Below are positions 1-8,648 of a DNA stretch of 32,000 nt, piece by piece. This DNA comes from an uncultured Oscillospiraceae bacterium (lineage in GTDB: Bacteria > Bacillota > Clostridia > Oscillospirales > Oscillospiraceae): assembly GCA_934631005.1 (NCBI GenBank), contig CAKTXA010000013.1, forward strand, positions 28,963 to 60,962, written 5' to 3'. Numbering within the stretch: position 1 is the first letter of the stretch; each line of letters starts with the position of its first letter. The translations under genes and the position numbers were made by a program. The notes beneath the pieces were generated by a model that was not told the DNA's origin, did not search any database, and was given only the letters and a program-made list of their open reading frames with translations.

Positions 1-67
1 TCGCCGCTGCATCAAGGATACGGCAGCACGTACCTGCTTCTTCACGCTTCCCTATTCCCTTTTCACT

Positions 68-102
68 AAAAAAGGCGAGGCCCTGCGGGGCCTCGCCTTT
101 TT
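68..102. terminator. Bidirectional rho-independent terminator closing the tail/baseplate operon
   Basis: 10-bp GC-rich stem AGGCGAGGCC (73-82) / GGCCTCGCCT (89-98), flanked by an A-run (68-73) and a T-run (98-102). It begins 2 nt past the stop of the 104..670 gene. Confidence 0.8.
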
Positions 103-103
103 C

Positions 104-670
104 CTACTCCTCCCGATACGTCCTCCACGCATCCCATGTCATCGCGTCCAGCTGGCCCCAGGTCAGGCCGTACTCCTCCGTCTCCTGCCACGTGCACCAG
201 CGCAGCGCGTATTCGATCCCCAGCTGCGCGGGCAGCAGATCCTCGATGATCTGCCGGATCTGCGCAAAGCCCGGCGGCTCGCCCATCACGCCGGGGAAGC
301 GGACGCGCACATGGTTCACCTCGCCCGTCTCCTCCAGTTCGCACGGCGCGCCGCACGCGGGCAGGCAGCGCCGCAGCGCTTCGAGCGTGAACCCGTCGCC
401 GGACACCTGCATCAGCGCCGCGATCGCCTGCCGCCGCGCCTGCACATCCTCCGCCGCTGAGGCGTAGCGAAACAGCGCCTCCACGCGCCGGAGGCCCTCG
501 TCCTCCGCGCTCATCACGATGCTCTCCCGGCCGTTTTTCTCCAAAACGGCGCGCAGCGCGTCCATCTGCGCGCCCAGCGCCTCCAACTGCGCCATGGAAA
601 AGCTGCCGTCGCGGAAGGTGTACACCCCCAGCGGCCGCAGCAGCGCCATCAGTCTCTGCGCGTAGCTCAT
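104..670 (-). CDS. Phage tail/baseplate protein, XkdU/YmfQ-like (DUF2313-type)
   Basis: 188-aa ORF directly downstream of the baseplate-J gene, the same slot as PBSX xkdU. ATGA start/stop overlap with the upstream gene at 667-670. Family call is from position, size and general sequence character only. Confidence 0.65.
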   Translation of the reverse strand: MSYAQRLMALLRPLGVYTFRDGSFSMAQLEALGAQMDALRAVLEKNGRESIVMSAEDEGLRRVEALFRYASAAEDVQARRQAIAALMQVSGDGFTLEALRRCLPACGAPCELEETGEVNHVRVRFPGVMGEPPGFAQIRQIIEDLLPAQLGIEYALRWCTWQETEEYGLTWGQLDAMTWDAWRTYREE

Positions 671-1725
671 ACCGCCGCCTCCGTCAGCGTCAGCGCGCCC
701 AGCACCGGCAGTCTGTCCGCCGCCCTGGCCAGGTCGCTGCCCGGCGCGCTGAGCGTGTAGTTTTCCACCAGCCCCGTGCCGTAGATCACGTCGCCCAGCG
801 CCGCGCGATACAGGCGCTTTCCCAGCAGCGCGCCGGTAAAATACGCCCGCACCGCGCTCGTCACCGCCGCCTTCGCCGTGGCAAACGCCACGCCCGCCTT
901 CGGCTTGAGCTTCGCCGTCACATTCACCACCTGCGCCGCCGGCGCGCGCACCGTCACATCCACCGCGATCTCGCGCACCTTCTGAATGTCCGCCTGCACC
1001 TCTGCCACCAGCGCCGCGTCCGGGATCCCGCCGTCCGCCGCGATCACCACGCCCACGGTCCCGATCCCGCTCTCGCGCGGGATGACCGACACCGCGCGCA
1101 CGCCCGCGTGCGAAAGCGCCCGCTGCTCATAAAACGCCGCGTTCGCGCCGTTCGGCAGGCGCACGAAGCTGTCCAGCACCCGCTGCCGCAGCGCCTCGTC
1201 CGTCTCGCCGTCGCTCCCGCCGGCGAACGCCGCCGGATTCGTCACGCCAGCCACGCCCACCGGCGCCTGCGTTAAGACTGTCACCGTCTGCACCGCGGCG
1301 TTGCCCGCGCTGCCCGCCGATTCCGCCTGCGCGGGCGCGTCGGCGTATAAGCTCCCCGCCGCGATCACCGCGTCCTCCAGCGTCACGAACCGCACCAGCC
1401 CCGCCGTGGAGCAGACCGTCCCCGCCGGGATGCTCACGTCGTCCTCCCGCGTAAGATCCATGCGGAACCGCAGCACGCCGTGCGCCTTTTCGCCCGCCTT
1501 GCGCGCAAGCCCGCGCAGCGCGGCGTGGCGGTCCAGATATTCCCCCGCCGCCGTCTGCGGAAAGCTCTGCGCCAGCGCCCAGTCGGCGTAGATATACAGC
1601 GTCTGCAGCTGCGCCGCCGCCGCATACAGCCGCACCGCCAGATCGGCGCTGTCCTCCATCGAAAAGCCCGTCTTTTCCGTAAAGACATCCAGCATCCCGC
1701 GATAAATTTCCGAAACCTCTTTCAT
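667..1725 (-). CDS. Baseplate J-like protein (XkdT / P2 gpJ / T4 gp6 family)
   Basis: 352-aa ORF with typical size and position for Baseplate_J. ATGA overlaps at both ends (667-670, 1722-1725). Confidence 0.8.
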   Translation of the reverse strand: MKEVSEIYRGMLDVFTEKTGFSMEDSADLAVRLYAAAAQLQTLYIYADWALAQSFPQTAAGEYLDRHAALRGLARKAGEKAHGVLRFRMDLTREDDVSIPAGTVCSTAGLVRFVTLEDAVIAAGSLYADAPAQAESAGSAGNAAVQTVTVLTQAPVGVAGVTNPAAFAGGSDGETDEALRQRVLDSFVRLPNGANAAFYEQRALSHAGVRAVSVIPRESGIGTVGVVIAADGGIPDAALVAEVQADIQKVREIAVDVTVRAPAAQVVNVTAKLKPKAGVAFATAKAAVTSAVRAYFTGALLGKRLYRAALGDVIYGTGLVENYTLSAPGSDLARAADRLPVLGALTLTEAAV

Positions 1726-2072
1726 ACCGTCACCTCCACCGCCGTCTGCGTGCCGTCCGCCGCGCGCAGCGTAAATTCCGCCGCCGCCTGATCGTCCGTC
1801 ACGCTGCGCACCCGCGCCGACAGCACCTCCACATCCTCATCCGCCAGCGCCTCGGCCGCCATCTGCAGCGCCGCGGCGTCGCGCGCCGCCGCCTTTTCGC
1901 GCCCCAGCTGATACAGCCTGCTCCCAAGCCCCGGCAAAAAGCACAGCGCCCCGCGCCGGCACACCAGCCGGTACAGTACCCGCTGCAGCGTCTTTTCATG
2001 CCCCCGCAGCCGCACGAACCCGCCGAACCCGTCCGGCACATAGTCGCCGCCGCGCAGCAAATTTTCCATCAT
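1722..2072 (-). CDS. Baseplate wedge protein, gp25/gpW-like (XkdS-like)
   Basis: 116-aa ORF immediately upstream of baseplate J, translationally coupled on both sides (ATGA at 1722 and 2069). Confidence 0.6.
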   Translation of the reverse strand: MMENLLRGGDYVPDGFGGFVRLRGHEKTLQRVLYRLVCRRGALCFLPGLGSRLYQLGREKAAARDAAALQMAAEALADEDVEVLSARVRSVTDDQAAAEFTLRAADGTQTAVEVTV

Positions 2073-2440
2073 TCCGCGCCCAGCTCCTTCCCGTTCACAA
2101 ACAGTCTCCCCGTCACGCGCACCTTGCCCCGCAGCTCAATGTCCCCGTTGTTGCGCAAAACGACCTGCGCCGTGTCCGAGTAGACCATCACCTCGCCCGG
2201 CGCAAGGCTCCCCTTCGCCTGCTGCAGCGCGCCGGGGATGTACGTCTGGCTCGCCTTGAGCACCAAAACGCTCTCGCCCGCGCCCGGCTGCCAGCAGTAG
2301 CCGCCGGGCGAGATGATGCGCACATCACGCTTTTCCCCGTCCGTCACCACCGCCGCGCGGCTGCCGCCCATGCTGATCGTCCCCAGCGCCGCTGTTTCCG
2401 GCTCCGTTTCCGGATGCGTGATCCTTTTGGAAAGCCACAT
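2069..2440 (-). CDS. Small baseplate/spike-region protein, XkdR-like (DUF2577-type)
   Basis: 123-aa ORF in the xkdR slot between the hub-like and gp25-like genes. Confidence 0.55.
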   Translation of the reverse strand: MWLSKRITHPETEPETAALGTISMGGSRAAVVTDGEKRDVRIISPGGYCWQPGAGESVLVLKASQTYIPGALQQAKGSLAPGEVMVYSDTAQVVLRNNGDIELRGKVRVTGRLFVNGKELGAE

Positions 2441-2446
2441 TTCCTC

Positions 2447-3379
2447 TCACCTCAGTTCCAGCGTCGTGTAAATGCCCGTGTCATCGCCGCAGTGCTCCGC
2501 CGCCGCCACGGTCAAAATGCCCGCCGCGCCCAGCCCCGGCAGCCGCAGCTCTGCCTCGTCCCCCGGCGAAATAGCCGCCGGTCCCGTCAGCTGCACCGTC
2601 ACGCCGCGCACCTCGCGCGCCGCGTCCGCCAGCCGCTGCGCCGCCGTGCGCCACGTCGCGCGCAGCTTGCCGCCCGCCGTCATGCCGCTCACGTGCGTGC
2701 ACGAAACGCCGATCGCCTTTAATTCCGCGCTCTCCGCCGTCATCTGCGCGCCCGTGCGCGTGTTCACCATCACCTGCCGCGCAGCAGCGCCATAGCGGTT
2801 TTGCACATAGCTGCACGCGCTGACCTGTTCCGCCTCGATCACCGCCCGCCGCGCGGGCGCGCTTTTTTTCAGAACGAGCGTCCCGTCGGCCGTGAACCGC
2901 GGAAAAATATCCGCGCTGTGGCGGCAGAACCCGCACAGCACCTGCCAGCACGTGTACCCCGTCTCCACCGCGAAATTCGCCACCTGCCCCATCGGCTGGG
3001 CGTCGATGCGCGTGATGCCGTATGGCCGCACATATACCCGCAGAATGTCCTCCAGCTGCGCGCTCACGAATTCCGCCGCCCGCACCTGCTCGTCCATCAG
3101 CGCCGCCGCCATCGACCGGCCCGATACCTCCGCCAGTGCCCCGCGCCGGTCGAGCCGGACCGCAAAATCGTCCACCAGCCCCGTAAAGCGCACCGCGCCG
3201 TCCGCGTCCGCCGCCGTAAAGCCGACCGCCTGCCGCAAAACCGGCAGCCACGCCGCCTCATACGCAAAGCACACCGTAAAGCTCCCGCACGGGTCGCCGT
3301 CCGTCAGCCGGATCGACCATTGCAAAAGCGGCGGCAGCGCCGTGCGCGTGCCGTCGCAAAGTCTCAGCGTCCCCGTCAT
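2447..3379 (-). CDS. Baseplate hub / late-control-D-like tail protein (XkdQ-like)
   Basis: The track ORF 2447..3487 is trimmed to the ATG at 3379, which forms an ATGA overlap with the stop of the LysM gene. 310 aa, in the xkdQ position. Confidence 0.65.
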   Translation of the reverse strand: MTGTLRLCDGTRTALPPLLQWSIRLTDGDPCGSFTVCFAYEAAWLPVLRQAVGFTAADADGAVRFTGLVDDFAVRLDRRGALAEVSGRSMAAALMDEQVRAAEFVSAQLEDILRVYVRPYGITRIDAQPMGQVANFAVETGYTCWQVLCGFCRHSADIFPRFTADGTLVLKKSAPARRAVIEAEQVSACSYVQNRYGAAARQVMVNTRTGAQMTAESAELKAIGVSCTHVSGMTAGGKLRATWRTAAQRLADAAREVRGVTVQLTGPAAISPGDEAELRLPGLGAAGILTVAAAEHCGDDTGIYTTLELR

Positions 3380-3930
3380 CCGATCCGCAGCTCCTCTCCC
3401 GTGTGAATGAGATCCGGGTCGCGGATCTGCGGGTTGTACGCCAGCATCTGCTGCATCGTCAGCCCATACGTCCGGCACAGCGCCCACAGCGTGTCGCCCG
3501 TGCGCACCGTCACCGTCCGCGCCGCCTTTGCCGCGCCATTCTCCCCGGCGGCCGTCCCGATCTGCTTCGGCGCGCTCGTCTGCTCGCCCGCGTCGCAGAA
3601 TTCAAAGCTGTACGCCACATAGTCCTCCCGCGGCTCCTGCGCCAGCTCCAGCCGGGTAAAGACCGCCCGGCTGCACCGCCACACCGGATGCCGCAGCTCG
3701 CCCGCGCCCGCCGAGCGGAACACCTCCGTCAGTGCCCGGAACTGTTCATACGCGTCGGGCCCGAAAAACTCGCCCTCCCCGCGCAGCACCGTGCAGCTCC
3801 TGCCGAGATCCTGCACGCAGTAATCGCCCATCGGGATCTTGTGCGCCGCCGTCAGCCGCTCGCACGAGAGCGTGTAGCGCCCGGGATTGTTCGGCCATGT
3901 AAACGTCTTGTACCGCATTGCAAGCAGCAT
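3376..3930 (-). CDS. LysM-domain tail protein (XkdP-like)
   Basis: 184 aa with a C-terminal LysM motif (TVRTGDTLWALCRTYGLTMQQMLAYNPQIRDPDLIHTGEELRI). GGAGG lies about 8 nt upstream of the ATG at 3930. Confidence 0.8.
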   Translation of the reverse strand: MLLAMRYKTFTWPNNPGRYTLSCERLTAAHKIPMGDYCVQDLGRSCTVLRGEGEFFGPDAYEQFRALTEVFRSAGAGELRHPVWRCSRAVFTRLELAQEPREDYVAYSFEFCDAGEQTSAPKQIGTAAGENGAAKAARTVTVRTGDTLWALCRTYGLTMQQMLAYNPQIRDPDLIHTGEELRIG

Positions 3931-3933
3931 ATC

Positions 3934-4395
3934 CTATCCTCCGTACCGTCTCGCGTCGCGCTCAAAAAAGCGCGAGATCTCCGCCATCGACCACTGCGTC
4001 TGCGCGCCCGCCAGCCCCGCCGAGCGCATCGGCTGCGCCGCCAGCGTCCGCACGCCGCCATAGCCCGTGCCGCCCGCGCCCGTCTCGCCGCTCGCGCGCA
4101 GCGTCTCAAACCGCGCCGCCCGCTGCCGGACAGCCCAGATCGCCTGCCGCGCCGCGGCCAGCTCGGCCAGCTCCTGTTCCAAGGCCTCCAGCGGCCTTCC
4201 CGCCGCGCCGTCCGATGCGGCGGGTGCCGCCGTCTCAGTCGCGGCCGTCTCCTCCGCCGCCCCGGCGGCTGCGCTCCCGGCCGTCCCCGCCGGAAGCGGC
4301 TGCGTAAGCGTGTCCGCCCGCTCCGGCGCGCGCCCGTCCTCAAGCGCCGCCGTCAGCGCCGTGTGCCGCCGCAGGATCGTTTCGATGTATCCCAT
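3934..4395 (-). CDS. Short Ala-rich helical protein in the tape-measure slot (miniature TMP or TMP remnant)
   Basis: 153-aa ORF between the chaperone and LysM genes. GAGGAG lies about 10 nt upstream of the ATG. Predicted helical segment EALEQELAELAAARQAIWAVRQRAARFETL. The 5' end overlaps the chaperone 3' end by 56 nt. Confidence 0.5.
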   Translation of the reverse strand: MGYIETILRRHTALTAALEDGRAPERADTLTQPLPAGTAGSAAAGAAEETAATETAAPAASDGAAGRPLEALEQELAELAAARQAIWAVRQRAARFETLRASGETGAGGTGYGGVRTLAAQPMRSAGLAGAQTQWSMAEISRFFERDARRYGG

Positions 4396-4996
4396 CGCGC
4401 TTCAGCTCCTCATACCGCTTTTCGTCAAACGCCGCGTTTTCCTCCGGCAGCGGCGCGCCGCAGCAGGTGCAGCGCGGCGTGCGCGCCGCCTCGCGGCACG
4501 CGGGGCAGAGGTGTTCCTGCTCCTCCTGCGCATCCAGCATCAGCTGCATCGCACAGTATAAAAGCTCCCCCTGCGTCATCGCCCGCGCCCGCTCCTCCGT
4601 CGGCAAAATGCCAAACGCCCGCAGAACGCGCCAGCGCAGCCGCTCCTGCGCATCCTCCTGCATCGCCTCCAGCAGAGTCTCCTCCGCATCCGGCTCCTCC
4701 AGCCGCGCGGGCGCGGTCATGTCCGCGTATGCCCGCATCAGCCGTTCGATCTCCTCCGCTGAGAGCGTCCGCAGCACCTCGCCGCCGCCTGTGAACGCCG
4801 CCGTCCCGTCCGGCCTTCTCGCCGCGCGCGCCACGATGCACGCGTTCGCGCACAGCCCCGCCGCCGCGCCGTTTTCCCCGGCCAGCCGCGCACCCTCGGC
4901 CTGCGCCTGCATGAGCCCCCACGCCGAGACCGGCACGAGCCGCAGCCCGCCGACCTCGGCCTCCGCCGCCAGCAGCTGCCGTACCGCGTCCGTCAC
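4340..4996 (-). CDS. Tail assembly chaperone (XkdN-like) with a C-terminal CxxC...CxCC zinc-ribbon tail
   Basis: The track ORF 4340..5125 is trimmed to the GTG at 4996, which overlaps the tube stop (GTGA) and follows GGAGAC. The position after the tube gene is the canonical chaperone slot. Confidence 0.6.
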   Translation of the reverse strand: MTDAVRQLLAAEAEVGGLRLVPVSAWGLMQAQAEGARLAGENGAAAGLCANACIVARAARRPDGTAAFTGGGEVLRTLSAEEIERLMRAYADMTAPARLEEPDAEETLLEAMQEDAQERLRWRVLRAFGILPTEERARAMTQGELLYCAMQLMLDAQEEQEHLCPACREAARTPRCTCCGAPLPEENAAFDEKRYEELKRDGIHRNDPAAAHGADGGA

Positions 4997-5382
4997 TGCG
5001 CCGTCTCCACGCGGCTGCGCGCCTCCAGCGTCACCTTTTCCATCACATTTCCGCCGACCTCGGCGCTCTCCTGGATCTCGCTCCACTGGCACCCGCCGTA
5101 AATGACGCTCCGGTCGGGCTTGCACACCACCAGCGAAAAATCCTCCAGCTCCAGAAAGCGCACCCCGTCGCGGATCGCCTCGTCCGTCGCGTAAATGCGC
5201 GTCAGCTCAATGATGTAGCGCCCCTGCCCGCGGATGGTCGCCACCGGCTGCTCCTGCCCAAAGGCATAGATCGCCTTGCTCGAGCGCTTCGCCGTCACCT
5301 TGTAGCTCTGCACCACCGCCACGCGCCGGCCGTCCACCTCCAGATAAATGTCCGCCGTCGTCGGCACCTTGATCCCCGTCAT
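4993..5382 (-). CDS. Contractile-tail tube protein (XkdM-like)
   Basis: 129-aa ORF directly downstream of the sheath gene, with size and beta-rich sequence typical of myovirus tube proteins. Confidence 0.75.
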   Translation of the reverse strand: MTGIKVPTTADIYLEVDGRRVAVVQSYKVTAKRSSKAIYAFGQEQPVATIRGQGRYIIELTRIYATDEAIRDGVRFLELEDFSLVVCKPDRSVIYGGCQWSEIQESAEVGGNVMEKVTLEARSRVETAQ

Positions 5383-5394
5383 CCGCTCGCCTCC

Positions 5395-6447
5395 TTACAC
5401 ATTCATGTGCGCCGTGAGCAGGATGCGGTTCAGCCCCTGCACCACCGTGAACTCAAATTCCACCACGCACGTCGTCCGGTCGTCCTGCGCCGCCGCCACC
5501 GTCAGCTTGTCATAGCTCTCGATGATCTCGCGCTCCACACGCTCGGCCAGCTCCAGCACCACCTGGTTGCGGATGGCCTTGCGCGTGAGGGCGTTATTCT
5601 TCGCGTGCGCAAATTTCGCGCGCAGCGCCGTGCGGATCGCCGGGATCAGCTCATCGAGAATGAGCATCGTCGTCAGCTCCCGATACGTCCTGTCCGCGCT
5701 GCCGCCGGTCTTGCTGCGCGTGGTCAGCGCCCGGATGACCTGCACCCGGCCGCCCTCGCACTCCAGCGCCGTCACGCCCGCACCCACCAGCGCGTCATAG
5801 TCCGTGTCCGAGTATACCGCCGTCACGCCCGTCAGCCCCTGCAGCGCCAGCCCGTTCAGCGGCAGCGCCGGGTCGCGCTCCGCGGCCAGCGCCCCGGCCA
5901 GCGCCGCGGCCGCCATGCACCCGTCCTGCGCCGCCGTCTCGCCGGTCACATATACCTGCGGCCCCACCAGGACCACGCGCTCACAGTTGAGCGTCTGCGC
6001 CCGCGCGATGAGCTGCTGCACCGTCGCCGCGCCCATGCCGCACAGGCCGATGCACTCGCCCTTCTGCTGCGCGGCAGAGGAAAGTGCCGTGCAGAATGCC
6101 GTCTGCGCCGCCTCCAGCGCCGTCCCCAGCACGCACAAACTCGCCCGCTTCTCCGCCAGAATGGCCGACACCGCCGCGGCATACGCCGCCGCGCTGTCCG
6201 CCGCCACCGGATAGGCCAGCACCGTCCCCGCGCCGTTCTGATACGCCAGCTTCAGCAGCTGACACAGCTGACTGCTTTCTCCAAAAGTCTCCTTCGCCCC
6301 GGCATACGACGTCAGCGTGTACACCCCCGCCTTCGCGGAGGACGCGCCGATCAGCGCGATCACGCGCTGCGCCGTCCCCGAGGACACGATGCTCGACGCG
6401 TCATAGTCCGAATACACGCCCGGCCGCTCGTGATACGTAATGCTCAT
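5395..6447 (-). CDS. Contractile-tail sheath protein (XkdK-like, minimal ~350-aa type)
   Basis: 350 aa. The N-terminus MSITYHERPGVYSDYDAS is typical of the conserved sheath N-terminal motif. ATGA overlap with the upstream gene at 6444-6447. Confidence 0.85.
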   Translation of the reverse strand: MSITYHERPGVYSDYDASSIVSSGTAQRVIALIGASSAKAGVYTLTSYAGAKETFGESSQLCQLLKLAYQNGAGTVLAYPVAADSAAAYAAAVSAILAEKRASLCVLGTALEAAQTAFCTALSSAAQQKGECIGLCGMGAATVQQLIARAQTLNCERVVLVGPQVYVTGETAAQDGCMAAAALAGALAAERDPALPLNGLALQGLTGVTAVYSDTDYDALVGAGVTALECEGGRVQVIRALTTRSKTGGSADRTYRELTTMLILDELIPAIRTALRAKFAHAKNNALTRKAIRNQVVLELAERVEREIIESYDKLTVAAAQDDRTTCVVEFEFTVVQGLNRILLTAHMNV

Positions 6448-6929
6448 TTGACCGCTCCCTTCAGAATAAAGTCCGTAAATTCCGTCTCGTCCTCGTCCGT
6501 CACGGCGTATACATACGCCTGCGCCTGCGCCCGCACCGGGCAGGTAAAGCAGTCGCTCTCCGCGTCATAGCTGCACGCGCCCACCGTGAGGCTTCCCAGC
6601 TGCACGCCCGCCGCGCCGTTTGACAGCGCCGCGACCACCTTCTCCGTCTCGGCGTAGCACGCCGCCGACCCGCCGCGCCGCGGCGCAAATACCTGCATCA
6701 GCACCTCCGCCGTCAGCTCGCAGCCATACAGCGCCGTGCGCCCGCCGTCGTCATCCTCCCGCATCCCCAGATACGAAAACTGCGCCGCCGCGCCGCTCTT
6801 TGCGCCCTGCAGGCCGACTGCCGTCACCGGCCCGGTCAGCTCCGGGGCCGTCCCCGGATAAAACTGCCGCACCACCGTCAGCCCCGCGTCCGCGAGCAGT
6901 CTACAGATCGCCCTGATCAGTTCCTGCAT
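6444..6929 (-). CDS. Tail completion / terminator-type head-tail joining protein (hypothetical)
   Basis: The track ORF 6444..7115 is trimmed to the ATG at 6929, preceded by GGGAGGAG. 161 aa, last of three small genes between the capsid and sheath genes (xkdH/I/J slots). Confidence 0.5.
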   Translation of the reverse strand: MQELIRAICRLLADAGLTVVRQFYPGTAPELTGPVTAVGLQGAKSGAAAQFSYLGMREDDDGGRTALYGCELTAEVLMQVFAPRRGGSAACYAETEKVVAALSNGAAGVQLGSLTVGACSYDAESDCFTCPVRAQAQAYVYAVTDEDETEFTDFILKGAVK

Positions 6930-7254
6930 CCGTCTCTCCTCCCGCTTCGCGCAAAAGCCCCCAGACGTAGATCGCCTCGTCCGCCAGAAACAGCCGCTCC
7001 GCCCGCTGCACGCGGTAGTCCTTCCCGCCGCAGCGCACCGCCGCGCCCTCGTCCGGCAAAACCTCCGCCGGGCCGATGTACACAGACCGCCCCCGCGGGA
7101 TCTCGCCGATGGCACGCACGCTGCGGCGCAAACTCTCCCAGCCGTTTTCCGTCACCGGCTGGATGAACGCCCGCACCGTCTGCACGCCGTCCACGCTTTC
7201 TATCTCCGCCGTGCGCCCGTAATCCGCCAAAATGCGCCCGATCAGCTCCTTCAT
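6901..7254 (-). CDS. Head-closure / head-tail adaptor protein (hypothetical)
   Basis: The track ORF 6901..7785 is trimmed to the ATG at 7254 (MKELIGRIL...), which forms an ATGA overlap with the stop of the upstream gene. 117 aa. Confidence 0.5.
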   Translation of the reverse strand: MKELIGRILADYGRTAEIESVDGVQTVRAFIQPVTENGWESLRRSVRAIGEIPRGRSVYIGPAEVLPDEGAAVRCGGKDYRVQRAERLFLADEAIYVWGLLREAGGETDAGTDQGDL

Positions 7255-7601
7255 CCGCAGGCCCCCCGGCACGAGAGCCCGCCCGCGAGAAACGGCGCCA
7301 TCAGCCGCTCCGCGGCCTGCCGCAGCGCCGCCGTGCCGGCTTTCCCCGGCGTCACCGACACCTCGCCCACGCGAAACGCCTCCACGCCGCACGCGCCGCA
7401 CGCCTCGCGGTAATTCGCCGCCGCCAGCATCGCCGCCGCGCAGGTAAAGCATTCTCCGCAGTCCTCCGCCGTCACATCCCGGCGCAGCCGGGTCAAAAGC
7501 GCCGTCTCCGCCGCCGCGCAAAGGGCCTTCAGCGCCGCGTCCTCCGCACCGGCGGCGGAAAAGCCCGCCGCCAGCGCGTAAATTTCGTCCGCCCGCGCCA
7601 C
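7251..7601 (-). CDS. Head-tail connector protein (gp6-like, hypothetical)
   Basis: 116-aa ORF starting 1 nt after the capsid gene stop, the usual slot for a connector protein. Confidence 0.5.
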   Translation of the reverse strand: MARADEIYALAAGFSAAGAEDAALKALCAAAETALLTRLRRDVTAEDCGECFTCAAAMLAAANYREACGACGVEAFRVGEVSVTPGKAGTAALRQAAERLMAPFLAGGLSCRGACG

Positions 7602-8633
7602 TCAGATCACCAGCACCTTCGCACTCTCCGGCATGATCTTGCCGAACCCGGAGATGGACGTGATCGCCGCGCGCTCCAGCTGGCGGTCGATGAGCTTGTC
7701 GTATTCCACGTTCACCTCGCCCGCCTGCACCATCTCCAGCGCATAGCGGCGGTCGAGGCCGATGAGCTTGCCCGACGGCACGCACGCCGCGCGCAGCAGC
7801 TCTGCGCCCATCGGCGCGGCCAGCTTGCCCGTGCCCTGGAAGTTCAGCCCCGTCAGCGGGTTCTGGAACTCCGTCAGCTTCAGCATCTGCACCATCGCGT
7901 CGCCCGATGCCAGCAGCGCGTTCATCGTATACGGCTCAAACTGCGACCAGAACTCCACCAGCTGCGCATACGAAAGCGTCCCCTTCGTCCCGCTCAGCGG
8001 GCTCGTGCCGATGGTCAGCACCTCGGCGGCGTTGTTATTCCCGTCGCCGTTCAGCAGCACGTCCACCGCGTCCTGCAGATGCATCTTCTGGATGTACGCG
8101 CCGATCTGGCGCAGCGTCACCGCGAACAGATCGAGCTTCTGAAAGCGGATGGCCTCATACGACGCCACCAGCATTCTCCCGCGCTTGTTGAGCTTCACCA
8201 GATTCGACTTGCTGCGGATCTCCGTCGCCGGGATGCTCGCGCCCTCGGCCACCTGCATCAGCTTCTTATCCTCCTCCGAAGCCGCGGAAAACACACTGCG
8301 GTAGTCCATCGCGTCGATGGTCGTGGTCGTTGCCACGATCTTCGGCAGCACGTCGTTCTCCTCCATCCCCTGCTTCACCGCGCGGGCGATGTACTCCGGA
8401 AACAGCACGCTCGACTCCGCCGTGCGGAAGAATTTTTCCACGGGGTCGGAATACGCCCCGCGGGCGTGGATGTCAAAGCGCTTGAGCTGACGCTGGAACG
8501 CGTCCGTCCCCTCCAGCGCCGTGCCCGCGTAGTTTTCGCTCGGGTCGAGCGACTCCAGCACCTGTGCAAAGCTCTTGCCGCTCTCGCGGTACATACCCTT
8601 TTCCAGTCTGATCGAATCAAAGCCCATGTTCAT
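7602..8633 (-). CDS. Major capsid protein (HK97-fold type)
   Basis: 343-aa ORF downstream of the protease/scaffold and decoration genes. Length and sequence character are typical of Phage_capsid-family proteins. Confidence 0.85.
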   Translation of the reverse strand: MNMGFDSIRLEKGMYRESGKSFAQVLESLDPSENYAGTALEGTDAFQRQLKRFDIHARGAYSDPVEKFFRTAESSVLFPEYIARAVKQGMEENDVLPKIVATTTTIDAMDYRSVFSAASEEDKKLMQVAEGASIPATEIRSKSNLVKLNKRGRMLVASYEAIRFQKLDLFAVTLRQIGAYIQKMHLQDAVDVLLNGDGNNNAAEVLTIGTSPLSGTKGTLSYAQLVEFWSQFEPYTMNALLASGDAMVQMLKLTEFQNPLTGLNFQGTGKLAAPMGAELLRAACVPSGKLIGLDRRYALEMVQAGEVNVEYDKLIDRQLERAAITSISGFGKIMPESAKVLVI

Positions 8634-8648
8634 TTTCTCCTTTCCGCA

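Noticed and set aside
1-69. Open frame-1 reading (…SPLHQGYGSTYLLLHASLFPFH*) that could be the 3' end of a convergent plus-strand gene ending at 67-69
   Set aside because: Only 22 codons are visible, there is no recognisable motif, and the minus strand shows an alternative ATG at 12. The evidence is not enough to call a feature. Only the terminator at 68-102 is reported.
3403-4794. 463-aa plus-strand ORF and the other long ORFs overlapping the tail genes (e.g. 2481..3251, 2801..3406, 5407..6570, 8079..9062, 9625..10692, 11335..12651)
   Set aside because: All are antisense or out of frame relative to the colinear, translationally coupled phage operon. Their products are Arg/Pro/Ala homopolymer-like, which is a GC-content artefact.
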